64,000 nucleotides of DNA, taken from the NCBI GenBank assembly GCA_965215335.1, contig CBDCDA010000002.1:1120001-1184000 (forward strand), in the 5' to 3' direction. The translations under genes and the position numbers were made by a program. The stretch comes from an uncultured Candidatus Entotheonella sp. (GTDB lineage: Bacteria; Tectomicrobia; Entotheonellia; Entotheonellales; Entotheonellaceae). Below the pieces are notes generated by a model that was given only the letters and a program-made list of their open reading frames with translations, did no database searches and had not been told where the DNA came from. Positions 38,975 to 50,929 of the stretch are shown one piece after another (position 1 is the stretch's first letter; each line of letters opens with the position of its first letter).

Positions 38975-40929
38975 GCTGGGACGAGGCGCTCTTCCGATTC
39001 GCCTGGAAGCTCAAGCGCAGTCGCCGTCAGGCTGCTGCCGAGCCTGTGCGCCAGCGGGCCGCCCGGCTTGCCGACCTGAAAACCTCGCTGACCCTGGTGG
39101 CGCGCGCCCTGAGCGGCGAGGCCCTGGAGATTCAGGAAGCCGAGCACGTCGGCGGCTACGCCGGCGAGGTCATCTACCTGCCCCGAACCATTCACCTGGC
39201 GCCCACCCCTGACGACAACGCCCGCGTTTACCTGTACCGCGTCGCCTATGCCGTCACCTCGCGCCGACTGGCCTTTACGCTGCCGGTGGGTGCGGGCGGC
39301 CTGTCCGTGGGCTTCCGTACTTTCTGTACACTCGTGGCCGTGCCACTGACCCGGCGGGCGCTTGAAGCCGCCATGCCGGCTTCCCGAGACCTGTTTCAGG
39401 AATTCAGCTCCCTGGCGTTGCGGGACCGCCCGCCGCCCGCGGCGATGGATACGGTGGCGGCGCGCCTGGAAGCGCTGACGCAGGCGTTGCTGGGACGGGA
39501 AGCCGACGTGTCGGAGCCATTGTCCGGGCTGCTGTGGCACATCGTTTGCGCCTCTCGGCCCTGCAATGAAAACGCGCTGCACGATCTCTGGCGGCAGTTC
39601 CGGTACGGGGCACGGCGCGCCGCACGGCGCGCCGTGCGGCCCTTGATTCTGTGGGGCCAGCTCATGCCGTTGCGCTCCGAATCTCGTCCTGTTACACCGG
39701 GAAGTCCGCAGCAGCGCCTCGCCGCGTCGTCCTTTCCGAGCGGCACCGAAATGCCCGGAAAACCGAAAGAAGACGTGCGGCGCGTCGTCCTGGATCAACA
39801 GGACCTCGACAACGACACCCTCATCCATACGTTCGAGAAGATCGAAACCGCCGAGGAGTTCGGCGGCGTGACACGAACGCCGGACGGCGCCGACGAACTC
39901 GCCCATCACGCCGACGCCCTCGACGAGCTCAACATGCGCGAGGTGGTGCAGACCTCCATCCCGACGCACTCCGTATACAAGGCCGACCTGCGGCTCGGTG
40001 ACGACACCGGCGACCTGGAGGCCGCCGAACCCCAATCCGGTGTTGCCTTCGCCTACGACGAATGGGACGGCAGGGCGCAGCGCTACCGGCCCGCGTGGTG
40101 TACGGTGTACGTCAACCAGCCGACCGTCCCTGCGGGCACTGATCAGACGGCGGCGGCCGTTCTGCGCAAGCACGCTCGCGTGGTGCACGAGGTGCGCCTG
40201 CTGCTCGACAAGCTGCGGCACAAGCGCCTGCTGCGGAACCGGCAAAGCGAGGGGACGGACATCGACGTTGACGCGGTCGTTGACCGCTATGCCACGGTGC
40301 GCGGTGGTCAGCGACCCGACGACCGGCTGTACCTGGCGCAACGGCGGCAGCAGCGCGATCTGGTGACCCTGCTGCTGCTCGACATGAGCGCCTCGACCGA
40401 CGCCTGGATAGAGGGCTCGCGCGTGCTCGACATCGCCACGGAATCGGCGCTGGTGCTGGGGGAGGTGTTGTCGCAGTGGGGGGATCGCGTCGGCATGGCC
40501 GGCTTCTACAGCAATACCCGGCGCGACTGCCGGTTCGTCATGCTGAAGCCGTTCGACGCCGACTGGCATCGCAGTCGGGCCGCGCTCACGGGTCTCGAAC
40601 CGACGGGCTACACCCGCATCGGCCCCGCCGTGCGCCACGGCACCGCGCTGCTGCAAGGCCAGCGGGCCACCAGGAAGCTGTTGCTGCTGCTCAGCGACGG
40701 CAAGCCGATCGATTACGACCGCTACGAGGGGCGCTACGGCATCGCTGACATTCGCCAGGCCATTCGGGAGGCGCACCACAGCCGCATCCACACCTACGCT
40801 CTGGCCATCGACGTGCAGGCCAAGCTCTACCTGCCGCCGATGTTCGGCAGCGGTTCGTTCCGCATCCTGCCGCACCCGACCCATCTGGTGCGCGGCTTGT
40901 CGGAGGTGTACGGCCAATTGGCGCGTTGA
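38971..40929 (+). CDS. norD: NorD VWA-domain activation protein
   Basis: YDEWD, LLDMSAST MIDAS, YTRIGPAVRH, LSDGKP.DYD.YEG.YGI.D. Confidence 0.94.
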   Translation: MSWDEALFRFAWKLKRSRRQAAAEPVRQRAARLADLKTSLTLVARALSGEALEIQEAEHVGGYAGEVIYLPRTIHLAPTPDDNARVYLYRVAYAVTSRRLAFTLPVGAGGLSVGFRTFCTLVAVPLTRRALEAAMPASRDLFQEFSSLALRDRPPPAAMDTVAARLEALTQALLGREADVSEPLSGLLWHIVCASRPCNENALHDLWRQFRYGARRAARRAVRPLILWGQLMPLRSESRPVTPGSPQQRLAASSFPSGTEMPGKPKEDVRRVVLDQQDLDNDTLIHTFEKIETAEEFGGVTRTPDGADELAHHADALDELNMREVVQTSIPTHSVYKADLRLGDDTGDLEAAEPQSGVAFAYDEWDGRAQRYRPAWCTVYVNQPTVPAGTDQTAAAVLRKHARVVHEVRLLLDKLRHKRLLRNRQSEGTDIDVDAVVDRYATVRGGQRPDDRLYLAQRRQQRDLVTLLLLDMSASTDAWIEGSRVLDIATESALVLGEVLSQWGDRVGMAGFYSNTRRDCRFVMLKPFDADWHRSRAALTGLEPTGYTRIGPAVRHGTALLQGQRATRKLLLLLSDGKPIDYDRYEGRYGIADIRQAIREAHHSRIHTYALAIDVQAKLYLPPMFGSGSFRILPHPTHLVRGLSEVYGQLAR

Positions 40930-41012
40930 ACGCGCCATCATGGTGCTGCTGCGAATCCGATGGTGTGTTATGGTGGGAGACGCGGCAGTTTTCTCATACA
41001 AAGGAGACGAAG

Positions 41013-43851
<2,839 letters not shown>

Positions 43852-43928
43852 ACTTCCTCCCATTCTGATTGCAGGTACACGAGAGCGGCACTCAACAGTT
43901 CCATGCGAATTGCCGATGTCTTCCGTTG

Positions 43929-44006
43929 GTCATTGCCGGCGGAAGCCGGAATCCAGCGGTCTGGGCTACCAGGAAATTCCTGGACTCCGGCATCCGCCGG
44001 AGTGAC
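43929..44006. repeat. Bipartite palindromic intergenic element
   Basis: GTCATTGCCGGCGGAAGCCGGAATCCAG...CTGGACTCCGGCATCCGCCGGAGTGAC; the arms are mutually inverted and each self-complementary. Confidence 0.75.
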
Positions 44007-44060
44007 GTGGATTTGCCAGCGAATGGTGGGCATCGGCGGACGGACGGACTCGGGTCTTCC

Positions 44061-45059
44061 CTAACCCTGGGGAAACAGATCGTGCATTTCGGGGATGACC
44101 CACAGCGGTGGCTCGCCGGCGGCAACGCGCCGGATGTTGGCGTAGCCGTTGTGGAAACGCTTGCGGAAGCTGTCCACGGTAGGTCCGGCACTGTGCGGCG
44201 TCAGCGTCACGTTGGGCAAGGTGAGCAACGGGTTGGACGGGTCCGTCGGCTCCTGCGCCAGGGTGTCGAGCCCGGCGGCCAGGATGCGGCCTTGCTGCAG
44301 GGCTGCGAACAACGCCGCCTCGTCAACCACCTCGCCGCGGCAGGTGTTGATCAGGATCGCCTCGGGCTTCATGCGGGCCAGCGCCTTGGCGTCCATCATG
44401 TCCCGCGTGTCGTGGTTGAGAGGCACGTGCAGGCTCACCACGTCGGCGGTTTCCAGCAGGGTTTCCAACGACACGTAACGCACGCCGAGACGTGCTTCCT
44501 CTTTCGCACTGCGCCGGAAGGCGTCGTAGTATATAACGCTGGCGTCGAAGGCCCTGACGCGCTGGACCACCTGCTGGCCGATGTTGCCCAGACCGACGAG
44601 TCCAACCGTCTTGCCGGCCAGCTCGTAGACATCCACCGTGCGTGGAATGCCGCTGTGCCACTTGCCGGCGACCACGTTTTGGTGCAGGGCGGCCAGCTTG
44701 CGGTACACGGCCAGCATGAGCATGACGGCGTGCTCGGCCACCGCTACTGAATTGGCGCCACCGTTCGAGCACACCGGCACCCGCGCCGCCCGCGTCCCGG
44801 CGATGTTGACCTGGTCGTACCCGGCGCTCAGCACCTGCACCAGCTTGAGTCGCGTCGCCGCCGTAAACGCCTCGTCCGGCAGGTGCCGCACGAAGCCGAA
44901 CAGGTACTCCGCCTCGCGCATGGCGGCCGCGATCTCGTCGTCCGGCGTGCCGACCGGCAAATGGCGCAGGCTGAACCCCTCGGGCGCCATGTCGCTCGCC
45001 AGAGCCACAATATCGGGCGGCATCTCGACGCCCTGGGTGAACACAATCGTTTCCTGCAT
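44061..45059 (-). CDS. D-isomer-specific 2-hydroxyacid dehydrogenase
   Basis: SAGYD, VAEHA, GLGNIG, LHVPL, INTCRG, TPHSAG. Confidence 0.94.
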   Translation of the reverse strand: MQETIVFTQGVEMPPDIVALASDMAPEGFSLRHLPVGTPDDEIAAAMREAEYLFGFVRHLPDEAFTAATRLKLVQVLSAGYDQVNIAGTRAARVPVCSNGGANSVAVAEHAVMLMLAVYRKLAALHQNVVAGKWHSGIPRTVDVYELAGKTVGLVGLGNIGQQVVQRVRAFDASVIYYDAFRRSAKEEARLGVRYVSLETLLETADVVSLHVPLNHDTRDMMDAKALARMKPEAILINTCRGEVVDEAALFAALQQGRILAAGLDTLAQEPTDPSNPLLTLPNVTLTPHSAGPTVDSFRKRFHNGYANIRRVAAGEPPLWVIPEMHDLFPQG

Positions 45060-45075
45060 CCTGCCCTCTGAAACT

Positions 45076-45106
45076 GCAGGTCGGATCAGCGGAGCGTAAT
45101 CCGGCA
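45076..45106 (+). repeat. REP-like palindrome
   Basis: GCAG-GTCGGATCAGCGGAGCGTAATCCGGC; same family as 52071-52098. Confidence 0.7.
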
Positions 45107-45369
45107 TTCCGCTCGACCGGTGCCGCCTGAAGGCAAGTACCCTAACTTAGCCTCCTGTCTGACTGCAAGCTTTTTCCGTAAGGGTTCAGGGGGTGGAAAA
45201 AGCGGGCAGCGTGAATTTCGCGGCGGTTGACCCCGCCGGGTGGGAACAGGAAGATGGAAACCGTGTCGAAATGGGTGATCATCAGCGCCCGGAAAGCCAC
45301 GACGCATGAAGGGAGGGTCCATGAAAAAGGGGGCTTCGTCGATGCCGGCAGGGTTTGTCGATGTCGGGT

Positions 45370-45795
45370 TCAGGGCGAGGGCGCATCGGCGGTTTGCAGC
45401 TGCTGCCTGATGACGTCGATCTGTCCTTCGTTGCGCGATACGCGCTCGCTGATGCTGACGGTGAGCTTGCGGAGTTCGGAGACTTCGCCGGTGAGCCGGT
45501 CGATACGCTCGTCCATGTTATCGAAGCGCTGGTCCACTGCGTCAAAGCGTTGGTTGATATACTTGTCCTGGGCCTCGAAGCGAGTGTTCATTTCTGCTCT
45601 GAAGTGGTCGAAGCGCTGGTTCATGTCGTCGAAGCGCTGGTTCATGTCGTCGAAGCGCTGGTTCATGTCGTCGAAGCGCTGGTGGATGGGATTGATGACG
45701 CCAAACTGGACGATTCCAGCAATTACGCCAAGGATAGTGCCAGTTGCCGTTATGGACCCCGCGTTTTTTCTGATCCAGTTCCATATCTTCTGCAT
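45370..45795 (-). CDS. Membrane-anchored coiled-coil protein with heptad tandem repeats
   Basis: GGAGG RBS, N-terminal TM, (RFDDMNQ)x3. Confidence 0.85.
   Translation of the reverse strand: MQKIWNWIRKNAGSITATGTILGVIAGIVQFGVINPIHQRFDDMNQRFDDMNQRFDDMNQRFDHFRAEMNTRFEAQDKYINQRFDAVDQRFDNMDERIDRLTGEVSELRKLTVSISERVSRNEGQIDVIRQQLQTADAPSP
45607..45683. repeat. Perfect 21-bp tandem repeat, 3.7 copies
   Basis: GTCGAAGCGCTGGTTCATGTC x3 plus a 14-bp partial copy. Confidence 0.95.
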
Positions 45796-46125
45796 AGGTC
45801 CTCCGGGGTGGCAGGAGTCGAGGAATTATATCACAGGTTAAGCGCATGAACTTGAGCGCATGAACCGCACGGTCAAGGAGGCCCAACGTCGATCGCTTCC
45901 ACGACGGAAATCATGATCGTCTCCGCCTATTCCCGGGACTAGACACCATGTAACCTTTCGAACGCCGACCTTTTCTGCGCCACAAGGAACCTGCAGGTCG
46001 TGGCTCCATCCCAAATTTGCTTTTGCCTTCACGCGGCAAGGTGTGCTACGGTTGCCGAATTCTGCAGGTTGTTCCAATCTTCTCGACACGATCAATCGTT
46101 GCAAGACAATAAGCGGGACTCGTCT

Positions 46126-48048
46126 ATGGATGTTTTGACAGGATTGGCCCAGATACGGGCGGAAATGGATCAGTACGTTGTCGGCCATGACGATGTGAAG
46201 GAAGGCATTCTACTTGGCGTCATCGCACGCGAGCATATCTACCTCGAAGGCCCGCCGGGGACAGCGAAGACGATGCTGGCCGAGGTGACCTCGGACGCCG
46301 CGGAACTGAAGTTCTTCTTCTACCAGTTACACCGCGACACCCGCCTGGCGGAGTTGGTCGGCGATACCGTCATTTTCCGCGAGCGGGACGAGTCGGGGGG
46401 CGAGGTGATCCGGCAGGTGAACCGCAAGGGCGGCATCCTGACGTCGGAAATCTGCGTGCTCGACGACATCTCCCGCGCCCCCGGCGAGGCCCTGAACGTC
46501 CTGTTGCGTGTGCTCAATGAGCGCAAGTTCGGCGACGACCGCATTCCCCTGCTGACCGCCATCGCCACCGGAAACCCTACCAAGGAAGACTATTACAACG
46601 AGCCCCTGGACCCGGCCAACCTGGACCGCTTTACCATCCAGATGCGCACCCTCGGCCTGCTGCAGCGCAACATGTGGCAGGCGGCGGCGGTGGTGATCGA
46701 CCGCTACGCCGACGGTCATCTGAGCGCCGAAGCGTCGCCGCGCGTCACGCGGACGGTGCTGGACAGCGCCACCGAGCGGCTTCCCGGGGTGGACCTGACC
46801 GCGGCGGTGAAGGAACTGTTGCTGGAATTCCTCAACGTGCTGCTGAACGACTACGGCTGCAATGACGGCAACTCGTTGCTGACGGACCGCACCTTTCTCG
46901 TCAAGGCGGTGAAAATCCTCAAGGCCAAGGCCGTGCTGGAGGGCCGTGACCGCTGCGTGCCCGAGGACCTGCACGTCCTCAAATACCTCACGGCGTTCCG
47001 CATCCCCGAGGAACTGCACAATCGCCTCGAGGAGATCATCGAGCAGCTGCTGCGAAAAAAAAAAGTTGAGCCAGAAGACGACGACACCGTCGAGCAGTTG
47101 AGCGAGGCGCCGTCCGAGGAGCGTTCGGAGGGGCAGCCGCGCACCGACACCACCGCCCAGGAAACCAACGTCGATCACCGCAAGCAGGAACTCGAGTTCG
47201 CCGACATGGTGCAGCAGTCGCTGAGCCCGAATGCCGATGACGACGGCGAGAACGCCGAGTTGAACCTGGACAACGAGTCGATCGACAATATCGAGGTGCT
47301 GCTCAAGATCCTGAAGGGCCGCATCGAAAAGAACCTCGCCGAAAAGGTGCCGCACCGCGGCGGCCAACCGCGCAGGTGGCGCCGCATGATGTCGTTCGAC
47401 GACCTCCTCGACACCGATCCCGTCGAAAGCTCCATCTGGTACGAGAACGTCACCCCCCAACTGCCCCGCATGCTGTTGCGCGAGCGCCACGACCGTGGCG
47501 GCGAGCTCGCCATCCTGCGCGACATCAGCTCGTCCATGGCCGGCATCTACTCCAAGTGGGCGTCGTCCGTCATCCTGCGCCTGGTGGAGATGGCTCGCAA
47601 GAAGCGCATGCGGGTCGGTTACATCGAGTTCAATCACCTGTCCACCAAGTACCAGGTGGACGGCAAGTTCTTCATGCGCGACTACGAGAAGATGACGCGA
47701 CGCGCCCTGCACCTGCACTGCTCCGGTTGCACCAACTACCAGAACTCCCTGGAGGACGCGCTGCATGAATTCAAGCGCCTGGGGCGCGGCAACCAGCACA
47801 TCCTCTTCCTGACCGATGGCGTGCCCACCCAGGGCGACTGGGAAGTGAAGGCCGAGCGCGCCCTGGCGCAGGAGTTGAACGTTTCCATTCACACCATTTT
47901 CATCGGCAAGAACAAGTGCCCGCGCATCCTGGAAATCCTCTCCGAGGAGACCAACGGCGCGCAGTTCCAGGCGTCGACGGATCGCTACGGCGTCATTCGC
48001 ATCGAGGAGCGCCATTCTCAACAGGCCCGTGAACTGGTCGCGCACTGA
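46126..48048 (+). CDS. MoxR/RavA-type AAA+ ATPase fused to acidic linker and VWA domain
   Basis: EGPPGTAKT, VLDDI, LNVLLRVLNER, ATGN, ANLDRF; DISSSM MIDAS, GCTN, FLTDG; A10 run at 47055-64. Confidence 0.9.
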   Translation: MDVLTGLAQIRAEMDQYVVGHDDVKEGILLGVIAREHIYLEGPPGTAKTMLAEVTSDAAELKFFFYQLHRDTRLAELVGDTVIFRERDESGGEVIRQVNRKGGILTSEICVLDDISRAPGEALNVLLRVLNERKFGDDRIPLLTAIATGNPTKEDYYNEPLDPANLDRFTIQMRTLGLLQRNMWQAAAVVIDRYADGHLSAEASPRVTRTVLDSATERLPGVDLTAAVKELLLEFLNVLLNDYGCNDGNSLLTDRTFLVKAVKILKAKAVLEGRDRCVPEDLHVLKYLTAFRIPEELHNRLEEIIEQLLRKKKVEPEDDDTVEQLSEAPSEERSEGQPRTDTTAQETNVDHRKQELEFADMVQQSLSPNADDDGENAELNLDNESIDNIEVLLKILKGRIEKNLAEKVPHRGGQPRRWRRMMSFDDLLDTDPVESSIWYENVTPQLPRMLLRERHDRGGELAILRDISSSMAGIYSKWASSVILRLVEMARKKRMRVGYIEFNHLSTKYQVDGKFFMRDYEKMTRRALHLHCSGCTNYQNSLEDALHEFKRLGRGNQHILFLTDGVPTQGDWEVKAERALAQELNVSIHTIFIGKNKCPRILEILSEETNGAQFQASTDRYGVIRIEERHSQQARELVAH

Positions 48049-48235
48049 CAAGGAAGGAGATGCAGATTGGTCCACCTCCTGTAACAAGAGCAAGGGCAAG
48101 CAAGTGAATCCATACGACCTCCTGCGCTATTTACAGGATCGGTATTATGAATCTGTGAATCGCAGCGGACGAACATTAGGTGAATCGTGAGAGTAAAAGC
48201 AGAAAGCTAATCACTGTTTCAGAAAGGGGAATTAC

Positions 48236-49135
48236 ATGTTGCTGGAAGGAAAGGTCGCTGTGGTGACAGGCGGCGGCAATGGTATTGGCCGCGAAATCAG
48301 CAAGCTTATGGGCGCCGAGGGCGCCAAGGTCGTGGTGAACGACCTGGGAACGGCTGTTGACGGCGCCGGGCAGTCGAGTTCCGCGGCCGACCAGACCGTG
48401 CAGATGATCAAGGACGGCGGCGGCGAGGCGACGCCGAATTACGAGAGCGTGGCGACCCCGGAGGGCGGCCAGAACATCGTCCAGACCGCAGTGGACACGT
48501 ACGGCAAGCTGGACATTCTGGTGCACGTGGCCGGCATCTTGCGCGACCGCATGATCTTCAACATGTCGATTGAAGAGTGGGACGCGGTGATCAACGTGCA
48601 CCTGCGCGGTGCCTACTGCGTCAACAAGCCCGCCTGCGTGCTGATGCGGCAGCAGAAGAGCGGCTGCATCATCAATTTTTCGTCGATCTCTGGTGCCGGC
48701 AATTCCGGGCAGGCCAACTACGCGGCGGCCAAGGCGGGGATACTGGGGCTGACGCGCACCGTGGCGCGCGACATGGCGAAGTACGGCGTGCGCGCCAATG
48801 CCATCTGGCCGGGTGCCGACACCCGCATGACGGCTACGGTTCCCGAAGCGGCGCGTCAGATTCGGGCTGAGCGGGGGCTGGGCGAGATGCGCATGTCGGC
48901 CATGCGCCGCCCGGAAAGCGTTGCCTCGGTGGTGGCCTTCCTGGCCTCGGACCTGGCCGAGAACATTACCGGCTGGACGGTCGGCATCATCGGCGACCGC
49001 CTGTCGCTGATCGAAGATCCGGTGCCCGTGAAGACGGTATTCTGCGAGGGCGGCTGGACGCTGGACAAGGTTGCCGACTGGTGGCCGGAGACCTTTGGGA
49101 CCGAGCTGCGCCACCTGGACCAGCCACAGCAATAA
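48236..49135 (+). CDS. SDR-family oxidoreductase, copy 1
   Basis: TGGGNGIG, VVVNDLG, AGILRDR, NYAAAK. Confidence 0.95.
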   Translation: MLLEGKVAVVTGGGNGIGREISKLMGAEGAKVVVNDLGTAVDGAGQSSSAADQTVQMIKDGGGEATPNYESVATPEGGQNIVQTAVDTYGKLDILVHVAGILRDRMIFNMSIEEWDAVINVHLRGAYCVNKPACVLMRQQKSGCIINFSSISGAGNSGQANYAAAKAGILGLTRTVARDMAKYGVRANAIWPGADTRMTATVPEAARQIRAERGLGEMRMSAMRRPESVASVVAFLASDLAENITGWTVGIIGDRLSLIEDPVPVKTVFCEGGWTLDKVADWWPETFGTELRHLDQPQQ

Positions 49136-49168
49136 GTGGCAACAACCCATTCCGGAGGGAAAGCGGAC

Positions 49169-50074
49169 ATGCGACTGGAAGGCAAGGTCGCCGTGGTCAC
49201 GGGCGGTGGCAACGGCATTGGACGTGAGATCAGCAAGCTTATGGGCGCCGAGGGCGCCAAGGTCGTGGTGAACGACCTGGGAACGGCCGTTGACGGGGCT
49301 GGCGAATCGACTTCCGCGGCCGATCAGACCGTGCAGATGATCAAGGACGGCGGCGGCGAGGCGACGCCGAATTACGAGAGCGTGGCGACCCCGGAGGGCG
49401 GCCAGAACATCGTCCAGACCGCGGTGGATACGTACGGCAAGCTGGACATTCTGGTGCACGTGGCCGGCATCTTGCGCGACCGCATGATCTTCAACATGTC
49501 GATTGAAGAGTGGGACGCGGTGATCAACGTGCACCTGCGCGGCGCCTACTGCGTCAACAAGCCCGCCTGCGTGCTGATGCGGCAGCAGAAGAGCGGTTGC
49601 ATCATCAATTTTTCGTCGATCTCTGGTGCCGGCAATTCCGGGCAGGCCAACTACGCGGCGGCCAAGGCGGGGATACTGGGGCTGACGCGCACCGTGGCGC
49701 GCGACATGGCGAAGTACGGCGTGCGCGCCAATGCCATCTGGCCGGGCGCCGACACCCGCATGACGGCCACGGTTCCCGAAGCGGCGCGCCAGCTCCGTGC
49801 CGAACGTGGCATCGGGCAGCAGGTTGCCACAACTGCCACCGAGCGCCGGCCGGAGAACGTCGCCGCCGTGGTGGCTTATCTGGCCAGCGATGAAGCGGCG
49901 GACATTACCGGCTGGACGGTCGGCATTTCGGGCGACCGCCTGTCGCTGATCGAAGACCCGCGGCCGGTGAAAACGGTCTTCTGTCCCGGCGGCTGGACGC
50001 TGGACAAGGTCGTCGAGCTTTGGCCCGGCGCGTTCGGGCTCGACCTGCGCCACCTGCAACGCGCCGGTCAGTAA
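49169..50074 (+). CDS. SDR-family oxidoreductase, copy 2
   Basis: Same motifs; 933-bp offset tandem paralogue. Confidence 0.95.
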   Translation: MRLEGKVAVVTGGGNGIGREISKLMGAEGAKVVVNDLGTAVDGAGESTSAADQTVQMIKDGGGEATPNYESVATPEGGQNIVQTAVDTYGKLDILVHVAGILRDRMIFNMSIEEWDAVINVHLRGAYCVNKPACVLMRQQKSGCIINFSSISGAGNSGQANYAAAKAGILGLTRTVARDMAKYGVRANAIWPGADTRMTATVPEAARQLRAERGIGQQVATTATERRPENVAAVVAYLASDEAADITGWTVGISGDRLSLIEDPRPVKTVFCPGGWTLDKVVELWPGAFGLDLRHLQRAGQ

Positions 50075-50177
50075 TTCCACAGGCGCCGTGTCCGCCCCTT
50101 GCGGCGCGCGGCGTCTCCCGCCGCCTCAGACACTCCGTCTCTCTGTTGCCCCCCTCCGGCCAGGAGAAGCAAGGCCC

Positions 50178-50843
50178 GTGATTCTCGACATGCACGTGCA
50201 CACCGCAGCCTCCGATGACAGCACCGCCACGATCGCAGGCTATATCGAACTGATTCAAGCCTACCGCCGGTTTCACCCCTTCGACGGTTTTGTCCTCACC
50301 GAACATCGCACCTACACGCCCGGATTGAACCTGCAGCACTACTGGGACAGCTGCGGCGTGCGCATTTTCCAGGGCATCGAAATGGACACGAACCTGGGGC
50401 ATCTGCTGGTCTATGGCGTCAACGAGCGGGTTCTGGAACGCTTCGACGTGACCAAGCGCCTGCACGACGGCCGCCGCATCATCCCTCAACTGGCCAGCCT
50501 GGGCGCGTTTGCTGCGCCGTCTCACCCCTTTCGGGAATCGGTGTTCGGACCCATCATGGAACGCGCTCCCGAGGAAATTTCGGGCATGCACACCATCGAG
50601 GCGCACAACGGCCAGAATCGCCCGGAGCAGAACAGCCGCGCGGCGGACCTGTGCGAGCGCTACGACCTGCGTGCACTGTGCGGCAGCGACGCGCATTACG
50701 TCAGTCCCCTGTGGTTTCTCACGTGTGCCACGGCCTTCGAGGACACCATCACCTCGGAGGCGGAACTGGTGGAGGCGCTGCAATACGGCACGTATCGCCC
50801 GATGCGTCTGCCGCGCATGGGTGCCGAGAACGGTGCAGGGTAG
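50178..50843 (+). CDS. PHP-domain metal-dependent phosphoesterase
   Basis: DMHVHT, LTEH, GIE, GHLLVYG, SHPFR, GSDAH. Confidence 0.9.
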   Translation: MILDMHVHTAASDDSTATIAGYIELIQAYRRFHPFDGFVLTEHRTYTPGLNLQHYWDSCGVRIFQGIEMDTNLGHLLVYGVNERVLERFDVTKRLHDGRRIIPQLASLGAFAAPSHPFRESVFGPIMERAPEEISGMHTIEAHNGQNRPEQNSRAADLCERYDLRALCGSDAHYVSPLWFLTCATAFEDTITSEAELVEALQYGTYRPMRLPRMGAENGAG

Positions 50844-50929
50844 ATCGGGCCGGGAGGGGCTGGGCGGGCTTTGCGCCGGAGTGACAGCATCCCGATGTTT
50901 TCCTACGCACTCGCCAGAGGAGTTCCGAC

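Noticed and set aside
45169..45203. GCTTTTTCC/GGAAAAAGC inverted repeat as a riboswitch or ncRNA
   Set aside because: No recognisable aptamer consensus; could simply be a terminator or chance
45607..45683. Short direct repeats as a CRISPR array
   Set aside because: No spacers, in-frame coding repeat, no cas genes
48078..48190. AT-richer intergenic frame SCNKSKGKQVNPYDLLRYL, resembling an HNH C-terminus
   Set aside because: Too short, no start codon, cannot be supported without a search
48236..50074. Duplicated SDR segment as a DGR template/variable repeat
   Set aside because: Differences are synonymous and not adenine-specific, and no reverse transcriptase is present
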